Shown: piece by piece, positions 1-10,300 of the stretch
How positions within the stretch are numbered: position 1 is the stretch's first letter
How the letters are laid out: every line of letters starts with the position of its first letter
NCBI RefSeq assembly: GCF_001548275.1
Contig: NZ_AP014945.1
Coordinates: 360,001 to 392,000 of the forward strand
DNA: 32,000 nt
DNA from: Caldimicrobium thiodismutans
GTDB taxonomy: Bacteria; Desulfobacterota; Thermodesulfobacteria; Thermodesulfobacteriales; Thermodesulfobacteriaceae
Direction: 5' to 3'
Position numbers and translations under genes: made by a program
The notes under the pieces: model-generated
Told to the model about the DNA's origin: nothing
Databases searched by the model: none
Seen by the model: only the letters and a program-made list of their open reading frames with translations

Positions 1-785
1 AAAAGGTAAGTGGAATTTCTTATCAACAGGGAAAAGAATATCTCCTGGAAAGCAGACTTACTGAACTTGCCCTTACCCTTGGTTATAAAGACCTTTCTTC
101 CTTTTACCAAAAGGTCAGAACAGGACTAACTTCTTCTCTTATAAACCAAATTGTGGATACCTTAACAACAAATGAAACCTATTTTTTTAGAGATCAACAT
201 CCCTTTGAGACCTTAAAAAAAGACATTTTTCCGGATCTTTTTCAAAAGCGAGTATCAGAAAAAAAGATAAATATTTGGTCAGCGGCTTGTTCAACAGGGC
301 AGGAGCCTTATAGTATTGCCATCTTGCTCTCAGAGTATTTTCAGAATTTTCTAAATACCTATAGAGTCTCTATTTATGCTACAGATATTTCAGAAAGTTC
401 TCTTAAAAAAGCAAAAGAGGGAATTTATAATCAAATCGAGGTAAACAGGGGATTACCGGTTACCTTTCTTGTGAAATACTTCAAACAGGCTGGTGGAAAC
501 TGGCAAATTGATGAAAAGGTAAAAAAACTTGTGAAGTTTGAATTTTTAAATCTTCTTGAGATAGATAAAAAGGTTAGAGACACCTTTGATCTAATTTTTT
601 GCCGATATGTTTTAATCTATTTTTCCAAAGAGGTTAAAGCTAAGGTGTTTCAATCCCTTTGGAAGACCCTGAATAAAGGTGGATACTTACTCCTTGGCGC
701 AACAGAAATTCCTCCGGTGAATCCCCCAGATATGGAAAAAAAGCTCTTAGGAAAGACGGTTGCCTTTTACAAAAAGGAAGCTTAA
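1..785 (+). CDS. cheR: Chemotaxis protein methyltransferase CheR, 5'-truncated by the window edge
   Basis: The listed ORF (153..785) is open in the same frame back to nt 3. The upstream part reads GISYQQGKEYLLESRLTELALTLGY..., which looks like the CheR N-terminal helical domain. TNETYFFRD motif and SAM-binding IWSAACSTGQEPYS motif are present. Confidence 0.85.
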   Translation, partial: KVSGISYQQGKEYLLESRLTELALTLGYKDLSSFYQKVRTGLTSSLINQIVDTLTTNETYFFRDQHPFETLKKDIFPDLFQKRVSEKKINIWSAACSTGQEPYSIAILLSEYFQNFLNTYRVSIYATDISESSLKKAKEGIYNQIEVNRGLPVTFLVKYFKQAGGNWQIDEKVKKLVKFEFLNLLEIDKKVRDTFDLIFCRYVLIYFSKEVKAKVFQSLWKTLNKGGYLLLGATEIPPVNPPDMEKKLLGKTVAFYKKEA

Positions 786-789
786 ATAT

Positions 790-1218
790 TTAGTTCCTGA
801 TAATAAACACCGGACAGGGCGATTGATCAATCAAAAGCTCTATCAATCTGTCCTTAAGAGACAATAACCTTTCAAAAAGCGTTGGTTTTTTGGGTTCAAT
901 CACGATAAGATCACAATTTTCCTCTATAGCTATATCCAATATATCCTCTTCTTTTTCAATCTCTTCTACCCTAATCTTAGCAAGCACCCTTTCTTCTTCA
1001 GTTAACTCTTTTATTTGTTTATACTCTTTAAGTTTATATCCTTCTAAAATCTCTTCCAGATTTTTAATACCGGTTAAATGAAGCTCTCCTTCATATGTAG
1101 GCAAGGGTTTTAAAACTACTACCCATGTGCCCTCTTTTTTGGCTAATTTAAAGCTTTCTCGCAAAAATTCAGGTGAATTTCTGTAAATAATTAAAATTTT
1201 TCTATACCCTTTAGCCAT
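790..1218 (-). CDS. Universal stress protein-like small alpha/beta protein
   Basis: 142-aa ORF. ATG lies 3 nt after the upstream stop, with AAGGAGG embedded in the upstream gene's last codons. USP-like alternating beta/alpha pattern (KILIIY..., CDLIVIE..., CPVFIIR) but no clear ATP-binding G-2x-G-9x-G(S/T) motif. Confidence 0.5.
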   Translation of the reverse strand: MAKGYRKILIIYRNSPEFLRESFKLAKKEGTWVVVLKPLPTYEGELHLTGIKNLEEILEGYKLKEYKQIKELTEEERVLAKIRVEEIEKEEDILDIAIEENCDLIVIEPKKPTLFERLLSLKDRLIELLIDQSPCPVFIIRN

Positions 1219-1221
1219 GAT

Positions 1222-2091
1222 TTATTCCTCCTTGGCAATTAAAACTGGAATATTTATCAAATGTAATATCTTTTCCGTAGTGCTTCCTATTAACTTTCTA
1301 TCAAGGCCTTTTTTCCATCCATAAGGTCCAATAATAAGAAGGTCAATCTTTTTTCTCTCAGCAATTTCAACTATTTTTTCAGCTGGTGATCCCTCATCCA
1401 TAATTAACTCAATGGGAATCTTTGCCTCTTTGGCCATATTTTCAGCTGAAGAAAGGATTTTTTTACCCTCAACAATTATTTTTTCTTTAATCGAGGGGGT
1501 TATATAAAATTCTATCAATTCCTGATATCTCGGAAGAATATAACAAACATGAATAGAGGAGCCATATTCATTATAAAACCTAAAGGCCTTTTTAAGAGCC
1601 AGTCGGCTTGCCACTGAATCGTCAAAGGGCACAAGTATTGAATTATAATCTCCCTTACATTCCTCACAGGGCTTTTTTACCACCAAAACATCAATTGGAG
1701 AATTTAAGGCAAGCTCTGTGCTTACACTCCCAAGAACCAATCTTTTTAAAAGACCCTTTTTTCCATAAGTGCCTGTCACAATAAGCTTGGCCTTCAAGGT
1801 CTCTGCTTCGTGTAGAATAGCCTCAGAGGGATCCCCTTCTTTAAGAATACATTGGGCTTGTATCCCAAAGTGTTTTGTGATCTCTGCCTTGGCCTCATCG
1901 CAGAGCTTTTTACCTTGCTCAAAGCGTTTCTCCCGTATATCGGGGTAAAGCAGGAATTCTTCCTCGTTGAAATAGATGACATGCATTAAAAATAATGTGC
2001 CTCCATGTCTTTTTATCCAAGCGCAGGCCTCTTTGAGTCCAGCCCGGCTGTATTCTGAACCATCGTAGGCAACTAAAATAGTCTCATACAT
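1222..2091 (-). CDS. Tandem-domain universal stress protein (two UspA domains)
   Basis: Two repeats of the USP layout: ILVAYDGSEYS ... GTYGKKGLLKRLVLGSVSTELALNSPIDVLVV and ILVPFDDS ... GPYGWKKGLDRKLIGSTTEKILHLINIPVLI. Start ATG overlaps the upstream stop (TAATG). Confidence 0.8.
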   Translation of the reverse strand: MYETILVAYDGSEYSRAGLKEACAWIKRHGGTLFLMHVIYFNEEEFLLYPDIREKRFEQGKKLCDEAKAEITKHFGIQAQCILKEGDPSEAILHEAETLKAKLIVTGTYGKKGLLKRLVLGSVSTELALNSPIDVLVVKKPCEECKGDYNSILVPFDDSVASRLALKKAFRFYNEYGSSIHVCYILPRYQELIEFYITPSIKEKIIVEGKKILSSAENMAKEAKIPIELIMDEGSPAEKIVEIAERKKIDLLIIGPYGWKKGLDRKLIGSTTEKILHLINIPVLIAKEE

Positions 2092-2852
2092 TAGTGGCCT
2101 CCTTTCTTAAAGATTAGTCCAACCAAGAAACCAGCTACAAGAGCTATAATAACAGAAAAAATACCATAAATTAGGGCCTGGTTTTTTGAAAAATCAGCTA
2201 AAACCTTAACAAGCCCTACCTGAGAAACTTTTATGGATTCTCTTATCTCTTTAACTATGGTTCCCTGCTTTACTTCATATAATTCTACCTGATATTCACC
2301 TGGAGGAGCCTGATAGGGCCAATCAAGAGTAGCCTCTAATTTGGGTGCTTTATCCTCATTACAAGTAAATTGGACAACCTTTTCCTCATAAAGGCGATGT
2401 TTGCCCTGATATTTCAGATATTCTTGCCAAAACTTTATTTTTTGATTTGGATCTTTAAGAGGAAAGATTTCAGCCTTTTCTCCAAGAACTGCAAACCCAA
2501 GGTCATAATTTTCAAGAATTTTCTTGGGTAAAATACTTTCAATAGGCTTATTGCTATAAATGTAATAGAAGAGGGGAAGATTTTTATAATGGATATCGTT
2601 AACTTTCATCCAGATGAGACCACCAACCTTTTCAATGGTTTTGAAGGTGCTTTCTTCTTTTTGTTCTGAAGTTATTTTTATAATAAAATCATCCTGGCAA
2701 GAGTTAGGAGTTGCTGAGATTTGTAGTCTTTCCCCTTTATAAAAGAAGGACACTTGAATCTCCTTGGGCTTAACGGTTATCTCATCTGAGGCCAAAAGGG
2801 GATAATGAATTAAAAACAAAAGAATAAAACAGAAACCTATAAAAATTTTCAT
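2091..2852 (-). CDS. Secreted/membrane-anchored protein of unknown function (signal peptide plus C-terminal TM helix; resembles the TIGR02186-type partners of TauE permeases)
   Basis: The ORF track starts at 2906. I prefer the start at MKIFIGFCFILLFLIHYPLLASDE (ATG 2852..2850), 9 nt after GGAGG and 1 nt after the TauE stop. It has an N-terminal signal peptide and a C-terminal hydrophobic helix (IYGIFSVIIALVAGFLVGLIF). The family assignment is from memory of gene context only. Confidence 0.5.
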   Translation of the reverse strand: MKIFIGFCFILLFLIHYPLLASDEITVKPKEIQVSFFYKGERLQISATPNSCQDDFIIKITSEQKEESTFKTIEKVGGLIWMKVNDIHYKNLPLFYYIYSNKPIESILPKKILENYDLGFAVLGEKAEIFPLKDPNQKIKFWQEYLKYQGKHRLYEEKVVQFTCNEDKAPKLEATLDWPYQAPPGEYQVELYEVKQGTIVKEIRESIKVSQVGLVKVLADFSKNQALIYGIFSVIIALVAGFLVGLIFKKGGH

Positions 2853-2853
2853 T

Positions 2854-3783
2854 TTAGTGACCTCCTTTTGGGGCAATAAAAATTGAGGGTGTAAGGGTGA
2901 GGCCAAGAATCATCTTAATGGTAACCAGAAGAACAATACAGGCCAGAATTATTCTTAACTGTTCCCCTTTTAATTTTGCTCCCAGGGTAGTCCCAATCTG
3001 GGCCCCTATGGTTGAACCAAGGAGCAAGAGAATTGCAAGGATAATATCTACGGCATGGTTCATTACTGATTGTAAAATAGTAACCTCTATACAGGTAAAA
3101 AGAACAATAAACAAGCTTGTTCCTACAACAACATGCATGGGGACCTCAAGAAGGTAAACCATAACAGGCACCATCAAAAAACCTCCCCCTACTCCCATAA
3201 TGGCAGCTAAAATCCCTACTACAAAACCAAGTAGTATAGTAGTAATTACCGATTGATAAATCTGAGCCTTGGAATAAAAGGTTTGAAGAGGTAAATTCTT
3301 AAGAGTTTCTTTAAAACCACCGGGTTTTTGAGATTCTTTTTCTTGTGATGCTTCCTCTTCTTTTTTTCTCAGGGCAGACAGACTTTCAAAAAACATTAAA
3401 GTTCCTATGATACCAAGCATGATTACATAACAGAGTTTGATAAGGATATCAGCATTACCCATTGCCCTTAGGATTTTTACTAATTGAACCCCCAGCAATC
3501 CTCCTGTAAAACTTCCTATTAGAAGATGAAAGCCCAGCTTGAAATCTACATTTCCTCTTCTCCAGTGAGCATAGCATCCCGAGGCTGAGGCAGCCACTAT
3601 TTGATTGGCATCGGTCCCTGCTGCAACTACCGGATTAATTCCCATCATCATTAAAAGAGGGGTCATAAGCCACCCCCCTCCTACTCCAAAAAGACCTGAC
3701 AGGATACCAACTGCAAACCCTGCTAAGGCAGGTAAAAAGACATTAATGCTTGTTAAAGCTACGGGCAAATAAATGTTAATCAT
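2854..3783 (-). CDS. Sulfite exporter TauE/SafE family permease
   Basis: 309-aa polytopic membrane protein with the duplicated TauE signature: LFGVGGGWLMTPLL in the first half and IMGVGGGFLMVPVM in the second. The halves are separated by a charged loop. Confidence 0.85.
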   Translation of the reverse strand: MINIYLPVALTSINVFLPALAGFAVGILSGLFGVGGGWLMTPLLMMMGINPVVAAGTDANQIVAASASGCYAHWRRGNVDFKLGFHLLIGSFTGGLLGVQLVKILRAMGNADILIKLCYVIMLGIIGTLMFFESLSALRKKEEEASQEKESQKPGGFKETLKNLPLQTFYSKAQIYQSVITTILLGFVVGILAAIMGVGGGFLMVPVMVYLLEVPMHVVVGTSLFIVLFTCIEVTILQSVMNHAVDIILAILLLLGSTIGAQIGTTLGAKLKGEQLRIILACIVLLVTIKMILGLTLTPSIFIAPKGGH

Positions 3784-3795
3784 CCCAGCTCCCCC

Positions 3796-4272
3796 TTAAG
3801 AAGTTTTCGGAATCAGAGTGATAAAAGGAACAGTGAACTCTTCAACTAATTTCTTTAAACCCTTAGGTTTAGAAAAGAATTTTTCATTTGTCTTAGGTGA
3901 AATTATAAAGAGTTCTACTCTGAATTCCTTTTCTAAAAGTCCTTTAACCTCTTTAAATAAATCTTCGGTAACAATAAGAATCTCATAGTTTTCAAGAGAT
4001 GCAAGTTTGAGTTGATTTATGAGTTCTTTAATATAATTTCTGGTATCTGGAGAAAAATTTTTGAGTTCTTCTAAGGCCAGTTCTTGGGCACCTTCTTCAG
4101 CTAAGGCTGAGGCCATAAAATGGGTCTCCAAAAAATCAGAGATCTTTTTTTCTCTAAGAATCAAAAAAAGAATCTCCTTTTTAAAAAGGAGCTGCATCTC
4201 CTTGATATATCCAAGATAAGAAGAAAAATCCTCTCCTTCTCGTATTAAAATAATTATCTTACTCTTTTTCAT
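3796..4272 (-). CDS. Hypothetical protein (weakly USP-like alpha/beta fold), first gene of the sigma-54-type operon
   Basis: The ORF track starts at 4356. The ATG at 4272..4270 (MKKSKIIILIREGEDF...) is preceded by GGAGG (4285..4281). The longer N-terminus would run through the candidate promoter. Confidence 0.5.
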   Translation of the reverse strand: MKKSKIIILIREGEDFSSYLGYIKEMQLLFKKEILFLILREKKISDFLETHFMASALAEEGAQELALEELKNFSPDTRNYIKELINQLKLASLENYEILIVTEDLFKEVKGLLEKEFRVELFIISPKTNEKFFSKPKGLKKLVEEFTVPFITLIPKTS

Positions 4273-4304
4273 GGAGTAAACCTCCAGCTTTTTATAAAAA
4301 GATA

Positions 4305-4319
4305 ACAAATAATATGCCA
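4305..4319 (-). promoter_or_regulatory. Candidate sigma-54 (-24/-12) promoter: TGGCAT-N5-TTGT
   Basis: The minus strand reads gcTGGCATattatTTGTtatc, versus the consensus TGGCAC-N5-TTGC. Spacing is correct and the -12 GC is replaced by GT. The element sits about 34 nt upstream of ATG 4272 with a GGAGG between them. It lies immediately downstream of a sigma-54-dependent activator gene. Confidence 0.4.
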
Positions 4320-4404
4320 GCTTTAAAAAATTGATTTTATAAGGCCTGAAAGACAATTAACTTGAAAAGCCATGTTTAACTTTGAAACAGAAGTGAACAC
4401 TTAT

Positions 4405-5760
4405 TTAGTCCTCTTTAAGAAGTCTCCACAGGCTTGTCCTTGAAATACCGAGCACCTCGGCTGTTTTGGTCTTATTTCCTCCAAAAAATTCCAGCACCTT
4501 TTTGGCATATTCTCGGGATATTTCTTCCAATGATTTTATATTTTGAGTGTTTAAAGTTAAGACAGTGGAGATTTGAAGACTCTGAGGAAATAAATCTGGA
4601 GCAATGTATTCTTCTTTACAGAGAAGGACAGAGCGCTCAATAATATTTTCGAGTTCTCTAACATTACCTGGAAAGGTATAGTCCATTAGGACCTTCCATG
4701 CCTCTTTGGTGAATCCTTTTATCTTCTTTTTAAATTTTTGATTATATTTTTGAAGAAAGAGTTCGGCTAAGGGTTGAATATCTTCCTTTCTATCCCTGAG
4801 AGGGGGAAGATTTATTTCTATAATTGAGATGCGATAATAAAGATCTCTTCTGAAATACCACTTTTCAATTTCTACATGAATATTTTTATTGGTTGCAGCC
4901 ACAAATCTTACATCTACTTTTATAGGTTTAGTTCCTCCTAATCGCAAGATCTCTTTATCTTCGAGAACCTTAAGAAATTTAGCCTGCAGATTAACTGGAA
5001 TTTCAGTTATCTCATCTAAGAAAAGGGTTCCTTCATGGGCAAGTTCAATATGTCCTGGTTTGGATTTAAAAGCTCCTGTAAAGGCTCCTTTTTCATAGCC
5101 AAAAAGCTCACTGGCTAATAATTCTTCAGTATATAGGGAGCAGTTTATGGCAATAAAAGGGCGATTTTTTCGCTTGCTTGTAAAGTGAATGTATTTGGCA
5201 AGAGCTGTTTTTCCTGTGCCTGTTTCCCCTGTGATAAGTATAGTTGTATCTGTGTCCTTGATTTCATCAATAATCTTCAAGACCTCTTGCATAGCCTTGC
5301 TTTTTGCCACAAAGGTATGTTTTTCTAAAATTTCTTGGGAACTTTTGAGGGCTATATTTTCTCTTTGCAAGCGTTTTTTTTCATAAAAATGATTTATTTT
5401 TAAAAGAAGCTCTTCTATTTCAATGGGTTTAGTTAAATAATCTGAGGCTCCCTTTTTAATGGCTGAAACAGCTGTTTCTATACTTCCATAGGCAGTAATG
5501 ATAATAATATGAATATCCTCATCAAAGTTCCTAATTTCTGGGAGAAGATCAAGGCCATTTATATCTGGTAGACGTAAATCAAGTAAAATGAGATCATAGG
5601 ACCCTTTTTTAATTCTTTCTAAGGCCTCATTTCCTGTTTGAACTCCCTCAACAGAAAATCCCTCTTTTTCTAATAATCTGATGAGATATTTAAGAGAGAT
5701 CTCTTCATCTTCCACAATAAGAATAGAAAAATTTTTATGAATTTCTCCCATTTTTTTCAC
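4405..5760 (-). CDS. Sigma-54-dependent response regulator (REC + AAA+ + Fis-type HTH; NtrC family)
   Basis: REC domain (ILIVEDEE, ILLDLRLPD). AAA+ Walker A GETGTGKT, sigma-54 contact loop ELFGYEKGAFTGA and C-terminal HTH (KTKTAEVLGISRTSLWRLLK). GTG start at 5760; an internal ATG at 5751 is also possible. Confidence 0.9.
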   Translation of the reverse strand: MKKMGEIHKNFSILIVEDEEISLKYLIRLLEKEGFSVEGVQTGNEALERIKKGSYDLILLDLRLPDINGLDLLPEIRNFDEDIHIIIITAYGSIETAVSAIKKGASDYLTKPIEIEELLLKINHFYEKKRLQRENIALKSSQEILEKHTFVAKSKAMQEVLKIIDEIKDTDTTILITGETGTGKTALAKYIHFTSKRKNRPFIAINCSLYTEELLASELFGYEKGAFTGAFKSKPGHIELAHEGTLFLDEITEIPVNLQAKFLKVLEDKEILRLGGTKPIKVDVRFVAATNKNIHVEIEKWYFRRDLYYRISIIEINLPPLRDRKEDIQPLAELFLQKYNQKFKKKIKGFTKEAWKVLMDYTFPGNVRELENIIERSVLLCKEEYIAPDLFPQSLQISTVLTLNTQNIKSLEEISREYAKKVLEFFGGNKTKTAEVLGISRTSLWRLLKED

Positions 5761-5761
5761 T

Positions 5762-7306
5762 CTATAATGGTAATATTATTTCAAAGGTTGTTCCCTTTTC
5801 GGTGCTTTCTTTCAAAAGAATATCTCCTCCGTGTTTTTGCAAGATTTCTTTAGCCAGGGAAAGTCCTATTCCAATTCCGCTTGGTTTAGTGCTGAAAAAG
5901 GGTTCAAAAATGGACGCCTTGATTTCATCTGGAATACCTTTTCCAGTATCCCTAATTTCAAGGTGAATCATTCTATCTTTCACAGTTACTGCAATTTTAA
6001 TAGTTCCTTTACCTTCCATAGCTTCATAGGCATTTTTTAAAATATTTATTAAAGCACTTTCAATAAGGATGGGATCTCCCTCAAGTTTTAAATCTTCAGG
6101 GGAATCTATTTTAAAGAGGATTTCATTTTCAGGGTGATCTTTTATAAATTTTTCCCAGGTTTTCAAGATAAAACCTTTTAAAGGAATAGATGTTTTATTC
6201 AGGGATCTTTTTTTAGAATAAATCAAGAAGTGTTCAATGATTTCTTTAATTCTTCGTGCCTGTTTTTGTAAATCCTCTATGTATTCTTTGAATTTCTCTT
6301 TATCTTCAGATGAAAGTTCTCTTTCCAGAGTTTTTAAAGTTAAGGAGAGGTTATTGACTGGATTATTCAATTCATGGGAGATTTTGGTTAAAAGCCTTCC
6401 AAGGGCTGCCATTTTACTCATCTGATACATTTCCTCTCTTTGTCTTTCAAGTTCCTCTTCCCGTTCTTTCAATTTTTCTTCCATGAGGTTGAATTTGTAA
6501 ATCAAAAGATCTAATTCATCAGATATTTTAAAGAGCTTATATTTCTTAAAAACCCCTTTGCCTGTATTTTCTATAAGCATATTTAAAATCTTACATCTCT
6601 GTATAATTCCCCGGATCAGGAAAAGTATTCCTGCTAAGGTGAGACCTGTAAAAAATCCCAAACCAAGGATTTGAATAATTTTTAAAAATTTAAGTTTTTT
6701 TTCAATCTCTGCCCTGCATAGGAGATCCAGTTTTTTGGTAAGATTCACTAAATTTTCTCCCAGAACCCTGAGATTTTGTAAATCTCTTTCAAGTTTGTCA
6801 AGATTTTTTTCCTCTTCTGAGTTTAAAATTTTAAGCTTTTTTAAAAAATTTGAGACCTCTGAGGGATGAGAAAGAATCACGCTCCTGAGTAAGTTTAAAA
6901 GTTCAGGATTATGGGGAAACCGATTCTGGAGTTTGGCATCAACATCTCTTGAAAGGTTTTCAAGTTCAAAAAAAGTTTGTTTGTAAAGATTAAGGGTTTC
7001 TTTTAATTGAGGGATTTCCTCATATTTATACCCACTCTTAGAAAGCCCATCTATAGTTTTTTCCAGTTCCTCCATATAGCGTAAGACATTTTTATAGTCT
7101 CTCTCTAAGGCAGAACTGTATTTTAAAAAAATATTTTTTTCATATCTTCTTAATTGTAAGGCCTTGGTGCGAAGGGTGTCTGTCTGCTCAAGAAAGTAGA
7201 TTTCACCTTTAAGAGTATTAAAAAAATAAAAATTTATAGAAATTAAAAGAATAATCAAGGATAAGCTGAAGGTAAAAAGGAGAAAAATTCTTTTCTTAAT
7301 AGTCAT
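5762..7306 (-). CDS. Sensor histidine kinase
   Basis: N-terminal TM helix, a long coiled sensor region and a second TM helix. H-box ISHELNNPVNNL, N-box INILKNAYEAM, G1 IRDTGKGIP and G2 GIGIGLSL are present. Confidence 0.85.
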   Translation of the reverse strand: MTIKKRIFLLFTFSLSLIILLISINFYFFNTLKGEIYFLEQTDTLRTKALQLRRYEKNIFLKYSSALERDYKNVLRYMEELEKTIDGLSKSGYKYEEIPQLKETLNLYKQTFFELENLSRDVDAKLQNRFPHNPELLNLLRSVILSHPSEVSNFLKKLKILNSEEEKNLDKLERDLQNLRVLGENLVNLTKKLDLLCRAEIEKKLKFLKIIQILGLGFFTGLTLAGILFLIRGIIQRCKILNMLIENTGKGVFKKYKLFKISDELDLLIYKFNLMEEKLKEREEELERQREEMYQMSKMAALGRLLTKISHELNNPVNNLSLTLKTLERELSSEDKEKFKEYIEDLQKQARRIKEIIEHFLIYSKKRSLNKTSIPLKGFILKTWEKFIKDHPENEILFKIDSPEDLKLEGDPILIESALINILKNAYEAMEGKGTIKIAVTVKDRMIHLEIRDTGKGIPDEIKASIFEPFFSTKPSGIGIGLSLAKEILQKHGGDILLKESTEKGTTFEIILPL

Positions 7307-7315
7307 GTCTAAATT

Positions 7316-10300
7316 TTAATCAAAGATTTGCTTTTTAAGAAGGTCTTTAGATGGAGCGGGGTGACCTCTTTTTAACTTATGACCATAGTAAAGAAGGGGA
7401 ATAAGAAAGAGAGAAAGGAGGGTTGAGCCTATGGTTCCAAAGATGAGAGAAATGGCTAAGCCATTAAAGATTGGATCAAAAAGGATTACAAAGGCCCCTA
7501 CCACTACACCAGAGGCTGTAAGGAATATGGGACGAGTTCGCACTGCTGCTGATTCAACCACAGCTAAGGCCAGAGGAACTCCCTTCTTTACCCTTTGTTC
7601 AGCAAAATCTACTACTAAAATAGAATTTCTAACAATAATTCCAGCTAAAGCAATAAAACCAATCATAGAGGTTGCTGTAAAAAAGGAGTTTAAAATCAAG
7701 TGCCCGGGGATGATACCAAAAAGGGTTAAAGGAATAGGGGCCATGATAACCCCAGGTATTCTAAAGTCCCTAAACCAACCCAGAATGAGCACATACATAA
7801 CAAAGATTGCTCCGAGGAAGGCAAGCCCAAGATCTCTGAAAACCTCAAGGGTTATGTGCATCTCGCCATCCCATTTTACAGCAATTTTGTCTAAGGCCAA
7901 AGGATGAGTTAACCAGAATTCTCTAACTTCCCCATAGGGGTTGGAAAGAGCTTTTATTTTTTCTCTGATATCAAAGATTCCATAAACCGGGGCCTCATAT
8001 CTCCCACCCGTATCTCCCACTACATAGGTGACTCTTCTAAGGTTTTTATGATAAATGCTTGAAGGAATTAGATCCTCTTTTATCTCTACGAGTTCTGAAA
8101 GAGGGACTGGTTTGCCTTCAAAATTTACCACTTTAAGGGTTCTCAATAATTCAAGGGTGCGAAAACTTTCATCCAGTTTTAAAAGGATGGGAGTATGTTC
8201 AGTATCAGTATTCTGGAAGATTCCAACCTGTAACCCTTCGCAAAGGGCACTAAGAGTCTGAACAAGTTCAGACCTCTGCAGACCAGCTGCTTTGAGTTTT
8301 TCTTCCTTAGCCTTTAGTCTTAATCTTGGAGCCTTATCTTCAAGATAAATTCCTTCATCCGTTATAAGAGGAGAATTTTTGAAGATTTTTAGAACATTCC
8401 GAGCAAAATTTTCTTGAGAGATAAGGTCTGGTGCATAAACCTCTGCAACAATTGGTGAGAGAACAGGGGGACCAGGAGGGACCTCCACTACAGCTACATA
8501 TTTTGCACCATAAGCCTTAGCTATCTCATGAACCTTAGGACGAATCCTTTTAGCAAAATCGTGAGATTGTTCCTTTCTATGATGTTTACCAATTAGATTA
8601 ACCTGAATATCAGCCTGATGGGGCTCGCTTCTTAAATAATAATGCCTAACGAGACCATTGAAATTGTAAGGAGAGCTTGTCCCAACATAGATTTGAATGT
8701 CTGTAACTATGCTTTCCCTCTGAATATATCTCCCAATGGCCTTGGCAGTCTCCAGGGTCTTTTCAAGGGGAGTGCCTTCAGGCATATCCAGAACAATCTG
8801 AACCTCACTTTTATTGTCATAGGGAAGCATCTTTACCAAAACAACTTTAAAATAAAAAAGACTCAAGCTTGCAAGCAAAAGGAAGATTATACCTCCATAG
8901 AGGAGATAGCGTTTTTTGGGAGAACTGAGAAAGGGAAACATTCCCTTGGCAAAAAACTGGTAAAGCTTTGTCTTTTTAATATAGGAAATTTCTTGCTCAA
9001 GTTCCCTTTTTTTCATCTCTTCCAGATCATGGGCAAGCTCCTCTTCTTCAATTTCTTTATCCTCTTCAGCAGGAGTTTTTAAGATCCTGTAAGCAGCCCA
9101 GGGAGTAATAATTAGGGCTACCAGAAGGGAAAAGAGCATAGCTACTGAGGCATTAATGGGTATGGGCCTCATGTAAGGACCCATAAGCCCTGTGACAAAG
9201 GCCATTGGCATAAGGGCTGCAATAACAGTAAAGGTTGCAAGAATTATAGGGGCTCTAACCTCATTGACAGCACCTATTATAGCTAATCTGGCATTTGGGG
9301 CTAAGCGGGCCTTAAACCAGCGATGTATGTTTTCCACATCCACAATTGGGTCATCTACTAAAATTCCTATGCAAAAGATTAAGGCAAAGAGAGTGACCCG
9401 GTTCAGTGTAAATCCGTAAAGCATACTTAAAAAGAGAGCAATAGCTAAGGTAACAGGAACTGCAATACCTACTACTACAGCCTCCCTCCAGCCAAGAACC
9501 ACTGCAATGAGGAGGGTTACCGCAAAGGTAGCGATGAAAAGGTGTTCAAGAAGTTCGTTCGCCTTTTCTCTTGAGGTCTCCCCGTAGTTTCTGGTAACTG
9601 TTACATGAAGGTCTGAGGGGAGAAGTTTGCTTCTGACCTTAGAGACAAGCTCAAGCACTTCCTCTGCTACCTGAACAGCATTGGTGCCTTTCCTTTTTGA
9701 GATAGCAATTGTTACTGCAGGATAGAGCTCAGAGGAACTTTGAATACCCTTTTTGGGGCCAGCTGGCCCACCTCCAAAAAAGACATAATCTTTGACCTCC
9801 GAAGGCCCATCAGAGACCTTGGCAACATCTTTTAGATAAACAGGCCTTCCCTGAAAAATCCCTACAATTACATTTTCTACATCCTCTTTTGATCTGAAAA
9901 ACTCTCCAGTTTGAAGAAGATATTCCTGATTTTTTTCTTTCAGTCTTCCTGATACACATTGAGCATTGGCATTTTTAAGAATCTGGGCAAGCCTTAGGGG
10001 AGAGAGTCGAAAACTTTCTAATCTGGCTGGATCAAGAATAATTCTTATTTCGCGTGGCCTGCCACCAATAAGGCTGACTTCTGCTACATTTTCCAGTTTT
10101 TTAATTTCATTTTCAAGTAGAGCCGCCATCCTTCTTAGATCGTATCCGTCATACCTCTCTCCCCAGAGGGTGAGACTGAGTATGGGCACATCATCAATGG
10201 ATTTTGGTTTTATGAGAGGGGGTAAAATAACTCCTGGAGGGGCTATATCCATTGCAGACATCCACTTTGAATTAATCTCAACAAGGGCTTTAACAGGATC

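Noticed and set aside
890-6425. Short ORFs (62-86 aa) overlapping the USP, TauE, response-regulator and kinase genes, mostly antisense (890..1081, 2897..3157, 4434..4643, 4889..5098, 5189..5386, 5831..6040, 6237..6425) plus one same-strand out-of-frame ORF (1794..1982)
   Set aside because: All are embedded in strongly supported genes (one in a shifted frame on the coding strand, the rest on the opposite strand). They have low-complexity translations and no translation signals.
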